Source of the DNA: a bacterium
GTDB taxonomy: Bacteria; Electryoneota; Electryoneia; Electryoneales; Electryoneaceae
Reading direction: 5' to 3'
Length of the DNA: 64,000 nt
Assembly (NCBI GenBank): GCA_963675295.2
Contig: CAXXKJ010000002.1
Coordinates: 192,001-256,000, forward strand
In this document: positions 20,119 through 30,997 of the stretch, piece by piece
Layout of the letters: each line of letters opens with the position of its first letter
Numbering within the stretch: position 1 is the stretch's first letter
The notes under the pieces: model-generated
Told to the model about the DNA's origin: nothing
Database searches by the model: none
The model's input: the letters and a program-made list of their open reading frames with translations, nothing else
Program-made: the position numbers and the translations under genes

Positions 20119-20784
20119 CTACTGCCCGATCGTGCGGCGCGGCTCACGGCGATTCGTGAGTGCAAACGACAGCGCTTCGAGTTCGATCGCCATGTTTTCG
20201 TTTCGCACGAAGACGCCGTCCGGCACCTGAACCGTAATAGGCGCAAAGTTCAGGAAAGCACGAACTTTCGACTCGACCATCTTATCAACCACGCCCTGAG
20301 CGAACTGGGACGGCACGGCGATAATCGCGACGCGGATCTTGTTCTTGCGGATTTCTTCGTCCGCGTTGGCAAAATCCTTCACCTCGATGCCGTGGTAGAT
20401 GTTGCCGACCTTGTTCGGGTCGTTGTCGAGCACCAGCTTGATCAGGAAGCCCTGCTGCCGGAACTGGTCGTAGTCGATCAACGCGCGTCCGATGTTACCG
20501 GCGCCAACCAGCGCGACATTCCACGTTTTGTTGATGCCGAGGATACGTGCGATGTTGCGCTGCAGATCCGCGACATAGTAGCCGAGACCGCGGCGTCCGA
20601 ACGCCCCGAAGAAGGACAAATCCTTACGCACCTGCGCGGCGGTGAGGCCGTTCATGTCCGCCAGCTCCTGGCTGGAGATGGTGCGCATCCCCCGGTCATA
20701 GGCATACTTCAGCGAGCGATAATACTTGCTCAGCCGCCGGACGGTCGCGTCCGAGATTTTGTTGCCGTTTGTGCCAATCGTCAT
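20119..20784 (-). CDS. rex: redox-sensing transcriptional repressor Rex
   Basis: ATVRRLSKY, ISSQELA, QVRKDLSFFG..GRRGLGY, Rossmann GAGNIG, LNFAP. Confidence 0.96.
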   Translation of the reverse strand: MTIGTNGNKISDATVRRLSKYYRSLKYAYDRGMRTISSQELADMNGLTAAQVRKDLSFFGAFGRRGLGYYVADLQRNIARILGINKTWNVALVGAGNIGRALIDYDQFRQQGFLIKLVLDNDPNKVGNIYHGIEVKDFANADEEIRKNKIRVAIIAVPSQFAQGVVDKMVESKVRAFLNFAPITVQVPDGVFVRNENMAIELEALSFALTNRREPRRTIGQ

Positions 20785-20824
20785 CGTCAGTCCTTTCGCT
20801 CGGGCGGCTCAGGCCCCGGGGACG

Positions 20825-23470
20825 TTACTCCTCGTCGTCCCCACGTTCCCCCAGCTCCGGCGAATCGCCATCATCCGTGGCGTCTTCACCGGCTATGTCG
20901 TCAATGTCAATCTCTGCGTCGTCCGGGTCGGCTCCCGCAACGTCTTCAGGATCCGCGTCATCCTTGACCACACGCGCAATCGACGCGATTTCGTCGCCAT
21001 CGTCGAGACGGAGCAGGCGCACGCCCTGCGTCGCCCGGCCGATCACGCGCACGTCGCTGACGTTCATCCGGATCAATACGCCTTTATGCGTCATGATCAT
21101 CAGATCGTCATCGTCGAGCACTTCCATGATCGCGATCATTTCGCCAATCTTGGGCGAGGTTTTCAGGGTGATCACGCCGCCCGCGCCACGTTTGGTGAGA
21201 CGGTAATCGGCGATTTCACTGCGCTTGCCGTAACCCTTCTTCGTCGCGACTAGCAGGTTGCCGGCGCGTCGCACGACCACCATGCCGACGGTAAACTGTC
21301 CGCCCGGCAGGTTGACGCCGCGCACGCCAGCCGCCGCACGTCCCATCGCGCGCACGTCGGTCTCACGGAATCGTACCGCCTTGCCGCCGGAAGTACCGAG
21401 AATCACCTCGCACTCGCCGTCGGTGATGTCCGCCGCGATCAGCTCGTCGCCATCCTTGATGTTGATCGCATTGATCCCGCCACGGCGCACGTGCTGGTAG
21501 GCATCCAGCGACGTTTTCTTCACCAGGCCGTTCTGAGTGGCGATGATGAGGAATTTGTCCTCGGCGAATTCCTTGACGTTGACCACGGCGCGGATCTTCT
21601 GCCCACCGAGTTCGAGGATGTTGATCAACGCCTTGCCTCGTGACGCCGGGCCGAGTTGCGGAATGTCGTACACCTTCAGCCAATGCATGTGGCCCTGCTC
21701 GGTGAAGATGAGCAGGTATTCATGCGTCGAGGCAACGAACAGGTGTTCGATGAAATCCTCTTCCTTCGGCTTGGCGCCGGTCCGGCCTCGTCCGCCACGG
21801 TTCTGCCGCCGGTAGGTTGACACCGGCATCCGCTTGATGTAGCCACCGAAGCTGATCGTGACCACCATGTCCTCTTCGGCGATCATATCCTCGATGGAGA
21901 ATTCTTCATAGTTGCGGACGATTTCCGTGCGGCGTTCATCGCCGAACTTGTCGACGAGTTCCTGCAGTTCGGACTTGATCAGGTCATCCCGCGCCGACTT
22001 GTGCTCGAGCAAGTGTTCGAGCTCGGCGATCTTCGCGCGGATTTCGGTCAGCTCATCCACCAGCTTCTGGCGTTCGAGACCGGTGAGGCGGGCGAGACGC
22101 ATGTCGAGAATTGCCTGCGCCTGGCGTTCGCTGAGGTACCCGGTACGCGGCTTGATCCGGCCTTCCGCCTGCGCGTTCTCAAGGTCCTCTTCGTAAATCG
22201 GCAGGTTCGCGATCTGTTCGGGAGTGAACTCGAACATCAGGCGTTCTTTCGCCTGTTCCACCCCGGCGCTGCTGCGAATGATCTCGATAATCTTGTCGAT
22301 GTTGTCAACGGCGATCTTGAGACCTTCGAGGATGTGTTCGCGTTCCTGTGCCTTGCGCAGCTCGAACCGTGTCCTGCGAAGTACGACGTCATGCCGGTGC
22401 GCGAGGTACTTCACCAGGATGTCGCGCAGGTTCATCAGCTTCGGCACGCCCTTGTCGAGGGCGATCATGTTGATGCCGAAGGTGGTCTGCAGCTGCGTGT
22501 GCTTGTACAGCTGGTTGAGCACGATATCCGCGATCGCGTCCCGCTTGAGTTCGATCACCATGCGGGTGCCGTCGCGGTCGGACTCATCACGCAGGTCGCG
22601 AATGCCTTCGATCTTCTTGATGTTGACCAGCTGCGCGATCTTCTCGATCAACGTTGACTTGTTGACCTGGTACGGCAGTTCGGTAACGATGATCGACTGC
22701 TGGTCGCCCCGGCCTTCTTCCACATGCGCGCGCGCCCGGATAACCATCCGTCCACGGCCGGTGCGGTAACCTTCGCGTACCCCATCGATGCCGTAAATGA
22801 TGCCGCCGCTGGGAAAGTCCGGTGCGGTGATGAAACGCATCAGGTCGTCTACGCCACCGTCCGGATTGTCGATCAGGAAGGTGATCGCGTTGACCACTTC
22901 GGTCAGGTTGTGCGGCGGAATGTTGGTCGCCATGCCGACGGCGATACCGCCGACGCCGTTCACGATCAGGTTCGGCAGTTTTGCCGGGAGAACGGCTGGC
23001 TCGGACAGCGTGTCGTCGTAATTCGGGACAAAATCGACCGTTTCCTTGTCGAAATCGGCCAGCATTTCCTCGGCGATTCGTTCGAGGCGGGCTTCGGTGT
23101 AACGCATGGCCGCGGCGGAGTCACCGTCCACCGAGCCGAAGTTGCCTTGCCCGTCGACCAGCGGGTAGCGCAGGCTGAAATCCTGCGCCATGCGGACGAG
23201 GGTATCGTAAATCGACGAGTCGCCGTGGGGATGATACTTACCCATGACGTCACCGACGATACGAGCGCTTTTCTTGTATGCCCGTCCCGCACCGACGCCG
23301 AGTTCCTGCATGCCGTAGAGGACGCGGCGGTGGACGGGTTTGAGGCCGTCCCGCACGTCTGGCAGAGCGCGCGAGACAATGACAGACATGGAGTAATCGA
23401 GGTAGGAATGACGCATTTCATCAACGAGAGCGATCTCGCGAATGCGTTCCCCGGGTACAGTCAAATCCAT
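20825..23470 (-). CDS. gyrA: DNA gyrase subunit A
   Basis: [34 protein letters not shown], GyrA-box QNRGGRG, C-terminal pinwheel repeats and acidic tail. Confidence 0.98.
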   Translation of the reverse strand: MDLTVPGERIREIALVDEMRHSYLDYSMSVIVSRALPDVRDGLKPVHRRVLYGMQELGVGAGRAYKKSARIVGDVMGKYHPHGDSSIYDTLVRMAQDFSLRYPLVDGQGNFGSVDGDSAAAMRYTEARLERIAEEMLADFDKETVDFVPNYDDTLSEPAVLPAKLPNLIVNGVGGIAVGMATNIPPHNLTEVVNAITFLIDNPDGGVDDLMRFITAPDFPSGGIIYGIDGVREGYRTGRGRMVIRARAHVEEGRGDQQSIIVTELPYQVNKSTLIEKIAQLVNIKKIEGIRDLRDESDRDGTRMVIELKRDAIADIVLNQLYKHTQLQTTFGINMIALDKGVPKLMNLRDILVKYLAHRHDVVLRRTRFELRKAQEREHILEGLKIAVDNIDKIIEIIRSSAGVEQAKERLMFEFTPEQIANLPIYEEDLENAQAEGRIKPRTGYLSERQAQAILDMRLARLTGLERQKLVDELTEIRAKIAELEHLLEHKSARDDLIKSELQELVDKFGDERRTEIVRNYEEFSIEDMIAEEDMVVTISFGGYIKRMPVSTYRRQNRGGRGRTGAKPKEEDFIEHLFVASTHEYLLIFTEQGHMHWLKVYDIPQLGPASRGKALINILELGGQKIRAVVNVKEFAEDKFLIIATQNGLVKKTSLDAYQHVRRGGINAINIKDGDELIAADITDGECEVILGTSGGKAVRFRETDVRAMGRAAAGVRGVNLPGGQFTVGMVVVRRAGNLLVATKKGYGKRSEIADYRLTKRGAGGVITLKTSPKIGEMIAIMEVLDDDDLMIMTHKGVLIRMNVSDVRVIGRATQGVRLLRLDDGDEIASIARVVKDDADPEDVAGADPDDAEIDIDDIAGEDATDDGDSPELGERGDDEE

Positions 23471-23875
23471 TGGGTTAGAGGTCTCCGTTCTCTATCATTC
23501 GCCCGGAAAATCCGGGGAAGAGTTGTTTCAGCTGGCACTACCCGTATTCACCCGTCCGGCGGACACAGAGCCGGGCGCTGGGAAACCGGGAATATAACCT
23601 GTTTCGGTTTCCGTGAAACCCCCTCACTCTGGAATTCGCTCCGAACACGGCGGTGGTTTGAATCTGCGAAAACACCGCTCAGGCGTGAACGAGCCAAGAT
23701 ACGCACGCTTTTTCACATGTTGCAAGCGCGGTTTTAAATCTGTGTGACCCGCCTCTCCATTGAATACAGGCGTAATTACTAATATTTACTGAGTTTACAA
23801 GATATATCAAAAAACGAACTGTGCCTCTGAATCCTTGTGCCATTTCGCAAGAGCGTAAAAGTTTACATCCGTGTA

Positions 23876-24175
23876 TTACAAATCTTTGCGGAAACACTGC
23901 ACCAGGCCAGCGTCCTCGAATCCCAACGCGAGGTGGGCGGAGATACTGGTGTCGTTATCGGTTTGGGTGTCGGACGCGAACTCGCGGCAGCCTTGTTGCC
24001 GTCCCCAGTCTTCAGTGGCACGGATCAGCGCGCGGCCGACGCCGGACCGTCTCGCCTCCGGGGCCACGTACCAGCCTTCGAGGTAGGCAACCCGTGTCGT
24101 GCGGCAACCTTCGGCGCAGGCCCGGATCGACAGTTCGGCGAACCCCGCCAGCGTTCCGTCGTCACCTTCCTCTAC
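23876..24175 (-). pseudogene. 5'-truncated GNAT acetyltransferase resembling aminoglycoside 6'-N-acetyltransferase AAC(6')-I
   Basis: GFAELSIR..AEGC...VAYLEGWYVAPEARRSGVGRALI...GCREFASDT..DN..S..AHLALGF...FRKDL. No N-terminal part or start codon is present. Confidence 0.75.
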
Positions 24176-26425
24176 ATCGACTTCTGGATGGAGAAGGACA
24201 CCTTCCACCAGCACGCGGAAGATATCTACCAGCTCGGCAATGTGATTGCGCATGGTGACAATGAAGCGATCTGGAGTTCGACGCCGATCCCGCTCGGGCC
24301 GGTGATCAAGGAGAAATGTCCGTCGGTCGATCATGTCACCCGCCTGTCGAACCAGCATGTTACGATGATCAGCGACGAGGACGTGTTCGCCGAATCCGCG
24401 TTCTTTGTCGAGCGCGACTTCTTCGACATGTTCAGCTTCCCGTTTGTCGCCGGTGATGCCGCCACCTTTGACGACCCGAACTCGCTGTACCTCACCGAAA
24501 CGTCCACGACAAAATACTTTGGCGACGCCGACCCCATCGGCGGTGAGCTGGAGCTGCTGACCAGCAATGGGCACCGTCAACTGATGACCGTCAAAGGTGT
24601 CCTCGCCGATCAGCCGTCAACCTCGAGCTTGCATTTCAACATGCTGCTGCCGTTCGACAATATCACCCGCTGGGACATCGCCCCGGTTGACAACTGGGAA
24701 CACTGGGCGCGGGCATGTTTCATCCAGATGCGGCCCGGCGAAGATCCCGCGCAACTCCGTCCGATCCTTGAACCGTACCTCGATATGCAGCGCGAGGTGA
24801 ACGGCGACTGGGGTGTCGCCCGTCTCGACTTCTACAACCTGCTGGCCCTGACCCGTGAACACGTGAACCTGCGCAACGGCGTCACCGAGGGCCATTCCAG
24901 CACTGCCGGGGCGGCGCTATCAGCCATTGCGATTGTGCTGATGCTCCTCGCCGGGTTCAACTACACGAACAACCGGCTGGTGTCGTTGTCCACCCGTTTC
25001 CGCGAGATCGGCATCCGCAAGGTGGTCGGCGGCTCGCGCACGCAACTGGTGTGGCAGTTTATCGGGGAGAATGTGGTCTTCGTGCTGATCGCGTTGATCG
25101 CCGGCATTTTGCTCGCGGTCAATGTGTTGATCCCGGCGCTGGATCACCTGTTCGGCGGCGGCTGGTCGGTACTGACCCTGCGGTTTGCGCCGCGTACGAT
25201 CCTGTTCCTCGCCTCCCTGCTCGCGGTTACCAGCCTCGGTGCCGGGCTGTATCCGGCGATCATCGCGGCGAAATTCGCGCCGGTGAAGATTTTCCGTGGC
25301 CCGTCGGGGATGAAAGGGCAGACACTCTTCGTGCGCATCATGATCGGCTTCCAGTTCGCGCTCACGTTGCTCGCGATCATCATCCCGGCCGGGTTGTACC
25401 TCAACGCCCGTTACCAGATGACCCTCGACTGGGGCTACCAGCAGGAGGGGGTGTTGTGTGTTCCGGTGACCAACGGGGACGGGTACGCCCGCCTCGCCAA
25501 CGAACTGCAGAGCAACCCCGCGATCCTGTCACTCGCCGGTTCACGGGACCACATCGGCCGTTTCATCAACGTCGCGGCGGTGGAGGTGGGCGAGTTTGTC
25601 CGTGAGACAAATTCAATGCAGGTCGGCCCGAACTACCTCGAGACGCTCGGTATGCAGATGCTGCAGGGCCGCACCTTCGGCACCGAGCCGCGCGACGATC
25701 AGCAGCAGGAGGTGGTCGTCAACCAGACGTTCATGGACGAGTACGGCCTCACCTTCCAGCCGGGCATGCCGCTGGTTGTGGACGACGAGACGTACACCGT
25801 GATCGGGGTGGCGGACGATTTCCACACCTGGAATTTTGAGTCGCGTATCCAGCCGATGGTGATCCGTGTTGTGCCCGAGGATCAGTTCAAGTACATGGTG
25901 CTGCGTCTGCCAGAAGGCCGGGTGGTCGAAACGGCGGAGGAGATCAAGCAGGTCTTCCGCCGGGCGTTGCCTGAGCTGCCGTACCACGGCTTTTTCCAGG
26001 ACGAACTGTTTGATCACTTCTATCGCGGCAACATGGCGGCGCTGGGTGTGTTCACCTTTTCCGGCGGGTCAGCGCTATTGATCGCGATTATGGGGCTGAT
26101 CGGGCTGGTCTCGGCAACGTTGCAGAAGCGTCAGAAGGAAATCGGCATCCGCAAGGTGCTGGGGGCGACAGTGACGCAGATCGTGCAACTGATCACCCGT
26201 CCCATCGGCATCATCCTGCTGATCGGATCGCTGCTCGCGTTGGTGCCTGGGTATCTGCTGCTGAAGATGATGCTGACCGGCGTCTACGAGTACCACATCG
26301 ACATCACAGCGGTGCCGTTCGTGTTCTCGCTGGTGGTGTTACTGGTGGTGTCGCTGGGGACAGTGATCCTGCTCTCGGTACGCACCGCCCTCTCGAATCC
26401 AGTCAACTCGATCCGTAACGAATAG
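24164..26425 (+). CDS. MacB/FtsX-type ABC permease (two FtsX domains), apparently missing its first ~35 aa
   Basis: FLYIDF..DTFHQHAEDIYQL, REIGIRKVVG, KEIGIRKVLGA, NPVNSIRNE. The upstream frame is the antisense of the aac-like fragment. Confidence 0.8.
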   Translation, partial: TFLYIDFWMEKDTFHQHAEDIYQLGNVIAHGDNEAIWSSTPIPLGPVIKEKCPSVDHVTRLSNQHVTMISDEDVFAESAFFVERDFFDMFSFPFVAGDAATFDDPNSLYLTETSTTKYFGDADPIGGELELLTSNGHRQLMTVKGVLADQPSTSSLHFNMLLPFDNITRWDIAPVDNWEHWARACFIQMRPGEDPAQLRPILEPYLDMQREVNGDWGVARLDFYNLLALTREHVNLRNGVTEGHSSTAGAALSAIAIVLMLLAGFNYTNNRLVSLSTRFREIGIRKVVGGSRTQLVWQFIGENVVFVLIALIAGILLAVNVLIPALDHLFGGGWSVLTLRFAPRTILFLASLLAVTSLGAGLYPAIIAAKFAPVKIFRGPSGMKGQTLFVRIMIGFQFALTLLAIIIPAGLYLNARYQMTLDWGYQQEGVLCVPVTNGDGYARLANELQSNPAILSLAGSRDHIGRFINVAAVEVGEFVRETNSMQVGPNYLETLGMQMLQGRTFGTEPRDDQQQEVVVNQTFMDEYGLTFQPGMPLVVDDETYTVIGVADDFHTWNFESRIQPMVIRVVPEDQFKYMVLRLPEGRVVETAEEIKQVFRRALPELPYHGFFQDELFDHFYRGNMAALGVFTFSGGSALLIAIMGLIGLVSATLQKRQKEIGIRKVLGATVTQIVQLITRPIGIILLIGSLLALVPGYLLLKMMLTGVYEYHIDITAVPFVFSLVVLLVVSLGTVILLSVRTALSNPVNSIRNE

Positions 26426-26509
26426 CGGCGAATCGCGCGGGACAGCGTCGTGCCGATGGCACGTCGTCGCTTTTCTCCGGAGGGGTGTTCCACGCAAGTG
26501 GAACCCCCT

Positions 26510-28123
26510 CAGACTGCTGACAAACCCCGTCATTTGATGGGGTTTGTTTTGTATTCACACGGCACATCCTACTGGTTGGATTTGTGGTGTAGTTGGCAGG
26601 TTGTGTTTGGTTCTTCGCTCGATTTTTCTATCGAGACCGTTGAGCGTGGTGCGCTGGGATAGAAGACCGGCTAAATAGGTCCATAGTCTTGAGATAGAGG
26701 GGTGTTTCGCCATTGTCATGGCGATCTTCTTCATGTTCTGGCAGGCGGCGGACAGCAGGCATTGTTCACGTGCTCCGGCTATCGAGCGCAGCCGGGCATA
26801 GCGATGGCCATACAGTTGTTTGGCTTCGCCGAAGCTGCGTTCGACCGTCTCCCGTCGTCGCCGGTACGTGGCCCGTCCGCGTTCTGTCCGAGCGGTCGCG
26901 ATCATCTTTTCACGGCTGGCCTGCCACACGTGCCGGGTGACCACCTTGCGGTGATTGGCGCTTTCGGTGCATTGCTGCAACAGGGGACAGAGGACACAGC
27001 ACGACGGGTCGGAAACATATTCCTGGTAGCCTTCACGTGTCGTCGTGCGATACGGTAGTGTCTGGCCGCCGGGACAGTGGTAGACATCCCCCAGCGAATC
27101 GTACACAAACAGTCGTTTTGCCAGCATTCCCTTCTTGCGTGTCGTACGTACCGAGCCGATCACGCCGTCGATCTTTCGATCCTCCAGCCCCTTGCAGATG
27201 GCGGCGGTATTGTAGCCGGCGTCGAGACCGACCCTTTCCACCGGGAAGTGGAATTTGCGAATCTGTGTGTCGAGACGCTCGAGGTAGGGGGTGCTGTCAT
27301 GTACATTGCCGGGGGTGACATGCGTGTCGGTGATGATTCCGGCCTTGTTGTCTACGGTACGGTGGTCAAGGTAGAAAAAGCCCTGCGGCTTGCCGTCCCG
27401 GACCATGAAGCCGCTGTCCGGATCGGTGGTGCTGACCTTGATTTCCTTTGTCGCCGGCGGTGATGAATCGTCATTGTCACGTTTCTTCAGTGGCTTTTTG
27501 CCATGCGCCAGGCGATCCGCATCCACCGCCTCTTCCAGATCGGACAGATACGACTTCGTCGCCACTGTCACCTGCCGCTTCTTGAACTTCTTCTTGTTCG
27601 CGCTGGCTTTCAGGTGCGTCGAATCGGTGAACAAGACCCGGCCATCGACCAGGCCACGACGGATCGCCAGCAGCACGATCTCGTCGAAGATCTCCTGGAA
27701 GATGGTGCTTTCACGGAAACGGCGTCGTCGATTCTGGCTGATCGTGGACGCGTCCGGCACCTTGTCACGCAGATCCAGCCCGAGGAACCAGCGATAGGCA
27801 ACATTGACCTGGATCTCACGCACCAGCTGACGCTCGGACCGAATTCCGTACAGGTAACCGATGAACAACATCTTGAACAGAAGGACAGGGTCAACAGCCG
27901 GACGGCCATTGTCGGCGCTGTAGAGATGCTTTACACGATCCCGGATAAACGAAAAATCAATTGCCGCATCAATCTTCCGCAAAAGATGATCGTCCGGGAC
28001 CAAATCGTCAATGTAAATAAGCTCCGCTGCGCTTTGATGAGCTTTGGAAGTAGGTAGCATCTACAAAGATACAAAACAAATCCCCACAGGTCGAGAGCCC
28101 GTGGGGACTTTGTCAGCAGTCTG
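26510..28123 (-). mobile_element. complete IS1182-family insertion sequence (1614 bp)
   Basis: 15-bp terminal IRs CAGACTGCTGACAAA / TTTGTCAGCAGTCTG; flanking 29-bp direct repeats at 26481-26509 and 28124-28152. Confidence 0.93.
26555..28060 (-). CDS. IS1182-family transposase
   Basis: LVPDDHLLRKID, GRPAVDP, GIRSER, YRWFLG, DSTHLKASA, STTDPDSG, LDAGY, VERSFGEAK. Confidence 0.95.
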   Translation of the reverse strand: MLPTSKAHQSAAELIYIDDLVPDDHLLRKIDAAIDFSFIRDRVKHLYSADNGRPAVDPVLLFKMLFIGYLYGIRSERQLVREIQVNVAYRWFLGLDLRDKVPDASTISQNRRRRFRESTIFQEIFDEIVLLAIRRGLVDGRVLFTDSTHLKASANKKKFKKRQVTVATKSYLSDLEEAVDADRLAHGKKPLKKRDNDDSSPPATKEIKVSTTDPDSGFMVRDGKPQGFFYLDHRTVDNKAGIITDTHVTPGNVHDSTPYLERLDTQIRKFHFPVERVGLDAGYNTAAICKGLEDRKIDGVIGSVRTTRKKGMLAKRLFVYDSLGDVYHCPGGQTLPYRTTTREGYQEYVSDPSCCVLCPLLQQCTESANHRKVVTRHVWQASREKMIATARTERGRATYRRRRETVERSFGEAKQLYGHRYARLRSIAGAREQCLLSAACQNMKKIAMTMAKHPSISRLWTYLAGLLSQRTTLNGLDRKIERRTKHNLPTTPQIQPVGCAV

Positions 28124-28158
28124 AGGGGTGTTCCACGCAAGTGGAACCCCCTCTTTTT
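28123..28158 (+). terminator. intrinsic terminator, duplicated as the IS target site
   Basis: GAGGGG-TGTTCCAC-GCAA-GTGGAAC-CCCCTC-TTTTT; the hairpin also occurs at 26480-26510. Confidence 0.75.
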
Positions 28159-28221
28159 CATTCCAGCGTTCTATTTTCCACGCACTGTTCAACCTTCGGG
28201 AAACACAACCAGGAGCGACTG

Positions 28222-29214
28222 ATGGATTATCGCCAGCTTGGCAATAGTGACATGAAATTCAGCGAGATCGGCCTCGGTGCGTGGGCGATCGGCGGTGGCG
28301 GGTACGCCTTCGGCTGGGGCAGCCAGGACGACAAGGACTCGATTCTGACCATCCGTCACGCGTTGGACGTCGGCATCAACTGGGTCGACACCGCCGCGAT
28401 TTACGGTCTCGGCCATTCGGAAAAAGTGGTCGGCGAGGCGATCAAGGACCGCCGCAACGAAGTTTTTGTCGCCACCAAATGCTCCATGGTCTGGGACGAC
28501 AACGGCAACATTGACAACAGTTTGAAGGCGGAGAGTGTCCGCGCTGAGTGCGAGGCCAGCCTGAAACGGCTCGGCGTGGATCACATCGACCTCTACCAGA
28601 TCCACTGGCCGAACGATGACGAACGCATCGAGGAAGGCTGGGCGGAGATCGGCCGTTTGATCGAAGAGGGGAAGGTCCGGTACGGCGGCGTGTCGAACTT
28701 CCTCACGCAGCACCTCGAACGTGCGCAGAAAATCCACCCGGTGACCAGCCTGCAGCCGCCGTACAGCATGTTGCGCCGCTGGATTGAGGACGCCGAGCTC
28801 GGCTGGTGCCGTGACAACAACTGCGGAATCGTCTGCTACAGCCCGATGCAGGCCGGCCTGCTGACCGACAACTTCGGCGATAAAAAGTTGGACGACGAAG
28901 ACTGGCGGAACAAATCGAAGGAACACATCGAGCCGAATGTCTCGATCAACCTCTGGTTCGTTGACCAGTTGCGTCCGATCGCGGCGAAGTACAACAAGTC
29001 CGTCGCGCAGCTGGCGTTGGCGTGGACACTGCGCCGTCCCGAGCTGACCAGCGCGATTGCCGGGGCCAGGCGTCCCGCGCAGATCGAGCAGAACGCAGGC
29101 GCGTCCGGCTGGTACATCGAGGAACCCGACCTGCAGAAGATCAACGAGCTGCTCGCGGAACGTGAACAGCGTGTGAAGCAGGCGAACGGCTACATCTTCG
29201 AGATGCAGCGGTAG
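28222..29214 (+). CDS. aldo/keto reductase
   Basis: IGLGAW, DTAAIYGLGHSE, ATK, SLKRLGVDHIDLYQIHWP, GVSNF, YSPM; AGGAG RBS. Confidence 0.95.
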   Translation: MDYRQLGNSDMKFSEIGLGAWAIGGGGYAFGWGSQDDKDSILTIRHALDVGINWVDTAAIYGLGHSEKVVGEAIKDRRNEVFVATKCSMVWDDNGNIDNSLKAESVRAECEASLKRLGVDHIDLYQIHWPNDDERIEEGWAEIGRLIEEGKVRYGGVSNFLTQHLERAQKIHPVTSLQPPYSMLRRWIEDAELGWCRDNNCGIVCYSPMQAGLLTDNFGDKKLDDEDWRNKSKEHIEPNVSINLWFVDQLRPIAAKYNKSVAQLALAWTLRRPELTSAIAGARRPAQIEQNAGASGWYIEEPDLQKINELLAEREQRVKQANGYIFEMQR

Positions 29215-29371
29215 CCAGACGTATTACGCGAATTTGATTCGCCCCCATAGCTCATGGTTCTGGGGGTTTTCGTGTTCGGCCCGCCCCAAAAACTTGATTC
29301 GGAGCTTCCGACATATCACTTTAGATGAAAGACCATTTTTGCAGTAGACAAAACTGGGGACGGGGGGGGGG

Positions 29372-30997
29372 ATGAATCGACTTCTGGCGTTTGCCGTAGT
29401 CTTTGTCGTCTTTTTTGCGACATACGCTATTGCGCAACCACCCGGCGTTGCCTGGACGTTGCAGGGCGACTTCAACGCCGTCGCTCGCGTTCCCAAGGGA
29501 GGCCTGGTGGTAGGTGGTGATGAACTCCTGACACGGTTGGACGAAGACGGAAACGAGCTTTGGACGATAAACCCTCCGTTCAATATTTGGGACATCGATC
29601 CTGCAGAAAATGGCGGATTCATCTTGTGCGGAAATACGAGTTATGGTGAACCCAGCTACGTTGTGAAGATGACCAGCAACGGGGATGTCGTTTGGATGTA
29701 CAGCGATAATGCCGGTGATGAGGGGGTGTTTAAATTTATCGTTGAGCTGCCGGGGGGCGGTGCTGAGTTATGTCGCCCACGAATTGGCGAGACCAGGATT
29801 GACCGGCTCGATCCGGCTGGGAATCTTGTCGACCAATTCTTCCGCGATTATCATACCGGCCTTTCGATGGAACCTGTCAGCGGTGGAGTCTTGATTGCTG
29901 GCTATACCGATTGGTACGGGAGCGCTTATACACGGTACAGTCTTTGGAAACTTAGAACACCACTGTCTTGGTATTCCACGTACGGAAACAGAGGCAATTC
30001 CATTGCATTTTATGCATTCGAATTGTCCAGCGGCCTACTGATGTCCCTGGGAAATCTCAATGGTACCTTAAATTATTCAGCATCTCTCCACAACGCAGGC
30101 GGAAACAGACTCCGCTCCCATATCCTTCCCGCCGCTCTGGACATGCCCGTCTGGGGAGCGGAACGCGCCAACAGTTCCGTAGTGATCGTTGGCCGTGGTG
30201 CGATTGGCAAGTACGATTTCGCACTCAATTGTCACTGGCTGATTGATCAAGACGGACCTTACGTGTTTGACAGCGATCTGGCGAATGACGGGGGACTGCT
30301 GGTCATTGCAGGATCATACAGCACGCCGACACTGACCCGGTATGAACCTGAAGTTTCGGTGGCGGTCGATGCCGACGCCCAGATCGTCCCACCGGGCCAT
30401 TCTGATATTTACTTCACCGCAACCGTGGATAACATCCTGTTAAATGAAACGGTTCAGGATGTGTGGTCCGTGCTCTGGCCGCCGTCCGGCGGTCCGATTG
30501 TCGCCGGTGTTTCGACGGGCGTGACCTTGACGCCGGGCGGAACGATTGTCCATCCGGATTCTCTGGTCGTTCTGGCAGATTACCCGGCGGGCGAGTATCT
30601 CTGCCGGGTGCATGTCGGGAGCTACGAGCACAACATCACCATGGGCGCGGGCACGTTCGAGTTCACGAAGCAGGCGTCAGCGACATCCTCCCTCGCCGAA
30701 CCTTTTGTTGCTGCTGAATCCGGCGACCTCTTGCCCGACGAATTCGCCCTGACCGTTTACCCGAATCCGTTCAATGCCGTCGCGACGTTGACGTTAACCG
30801 TGCCGAAAACGCAGAATGTGTGTGTCGAGGTGTATGCGACAACGGGTCAGAGAGTGACGACGCTGCACAACGGTCCACTCGCGGCGGGCGTAAACACGTT
30901 AACGTTTAACGGCACCGGACTGGCGAGCGGCGTGTATCTCGTTCGCGCGGAAACAGAGGGTGCAACCCTGCATCGCAAGCTGGTGCTGGTCCGATAG
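29372..30997 (+). CDS. secreted beta-propeller-like protein + shared Ig-like domain + T9SS CTD
   Basis: Signal peptide ending AIA; YPNPFN...RKLVLVR; G10 tract directly before the ATG. Confidence 0.82.
   Translation: MNRLLAFAVVFVVFFATYAIAQPPGVAWTLQGDFNAVARVPKGGLVVGGDELLTRLDEDGNELWTINPPFNIWDIDPAENGGFILCGNTSYGEPSYVVKMTSNGDVVWMYSDNAGDEGVFKFIVELPGGGAELCRPRIGETRIDRLDPAGNLVDQFFRDYHTGLSMEPVSGGVLIAGYTDWYGSAYTRYSLWKLRTPLSWYSTYGNRGNSIAFYAFELSSGLLMSLGNLNGTLNYSASLHNAGGNRLRSHILPAALDMPVWGAERANSSVVIVGRGAIGKYDFALNCHWLIDQDGPYVFDSDLANDGGLLVIAGSYSTPTLTRYEPEVSVAVDADAQIVPPGHSDIYFTATVDNILLNETVQDVWSVLWPPSGGPIVAGVSTGVTLTPGGTIVHPDSLVVLADYPAGEYLCRVHVGSYEHNITMGAGTFEFTKQASATSSLAEPFVAAESGDLLPDEFALTVYPNPFNAVATLTLTVPKTQNVCVEVYATTGQRVTTLHNGPLAAGVNTLTFNGTGLASGVYLVRAETEGATLHRKLVLVR

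Noticed and set aside
23760-24180. Integron cassette carrying a functional aac(6') resistance gene
   Set aside because: No attC-like structure or integrase recognised, and the gene lacks its 5' part.
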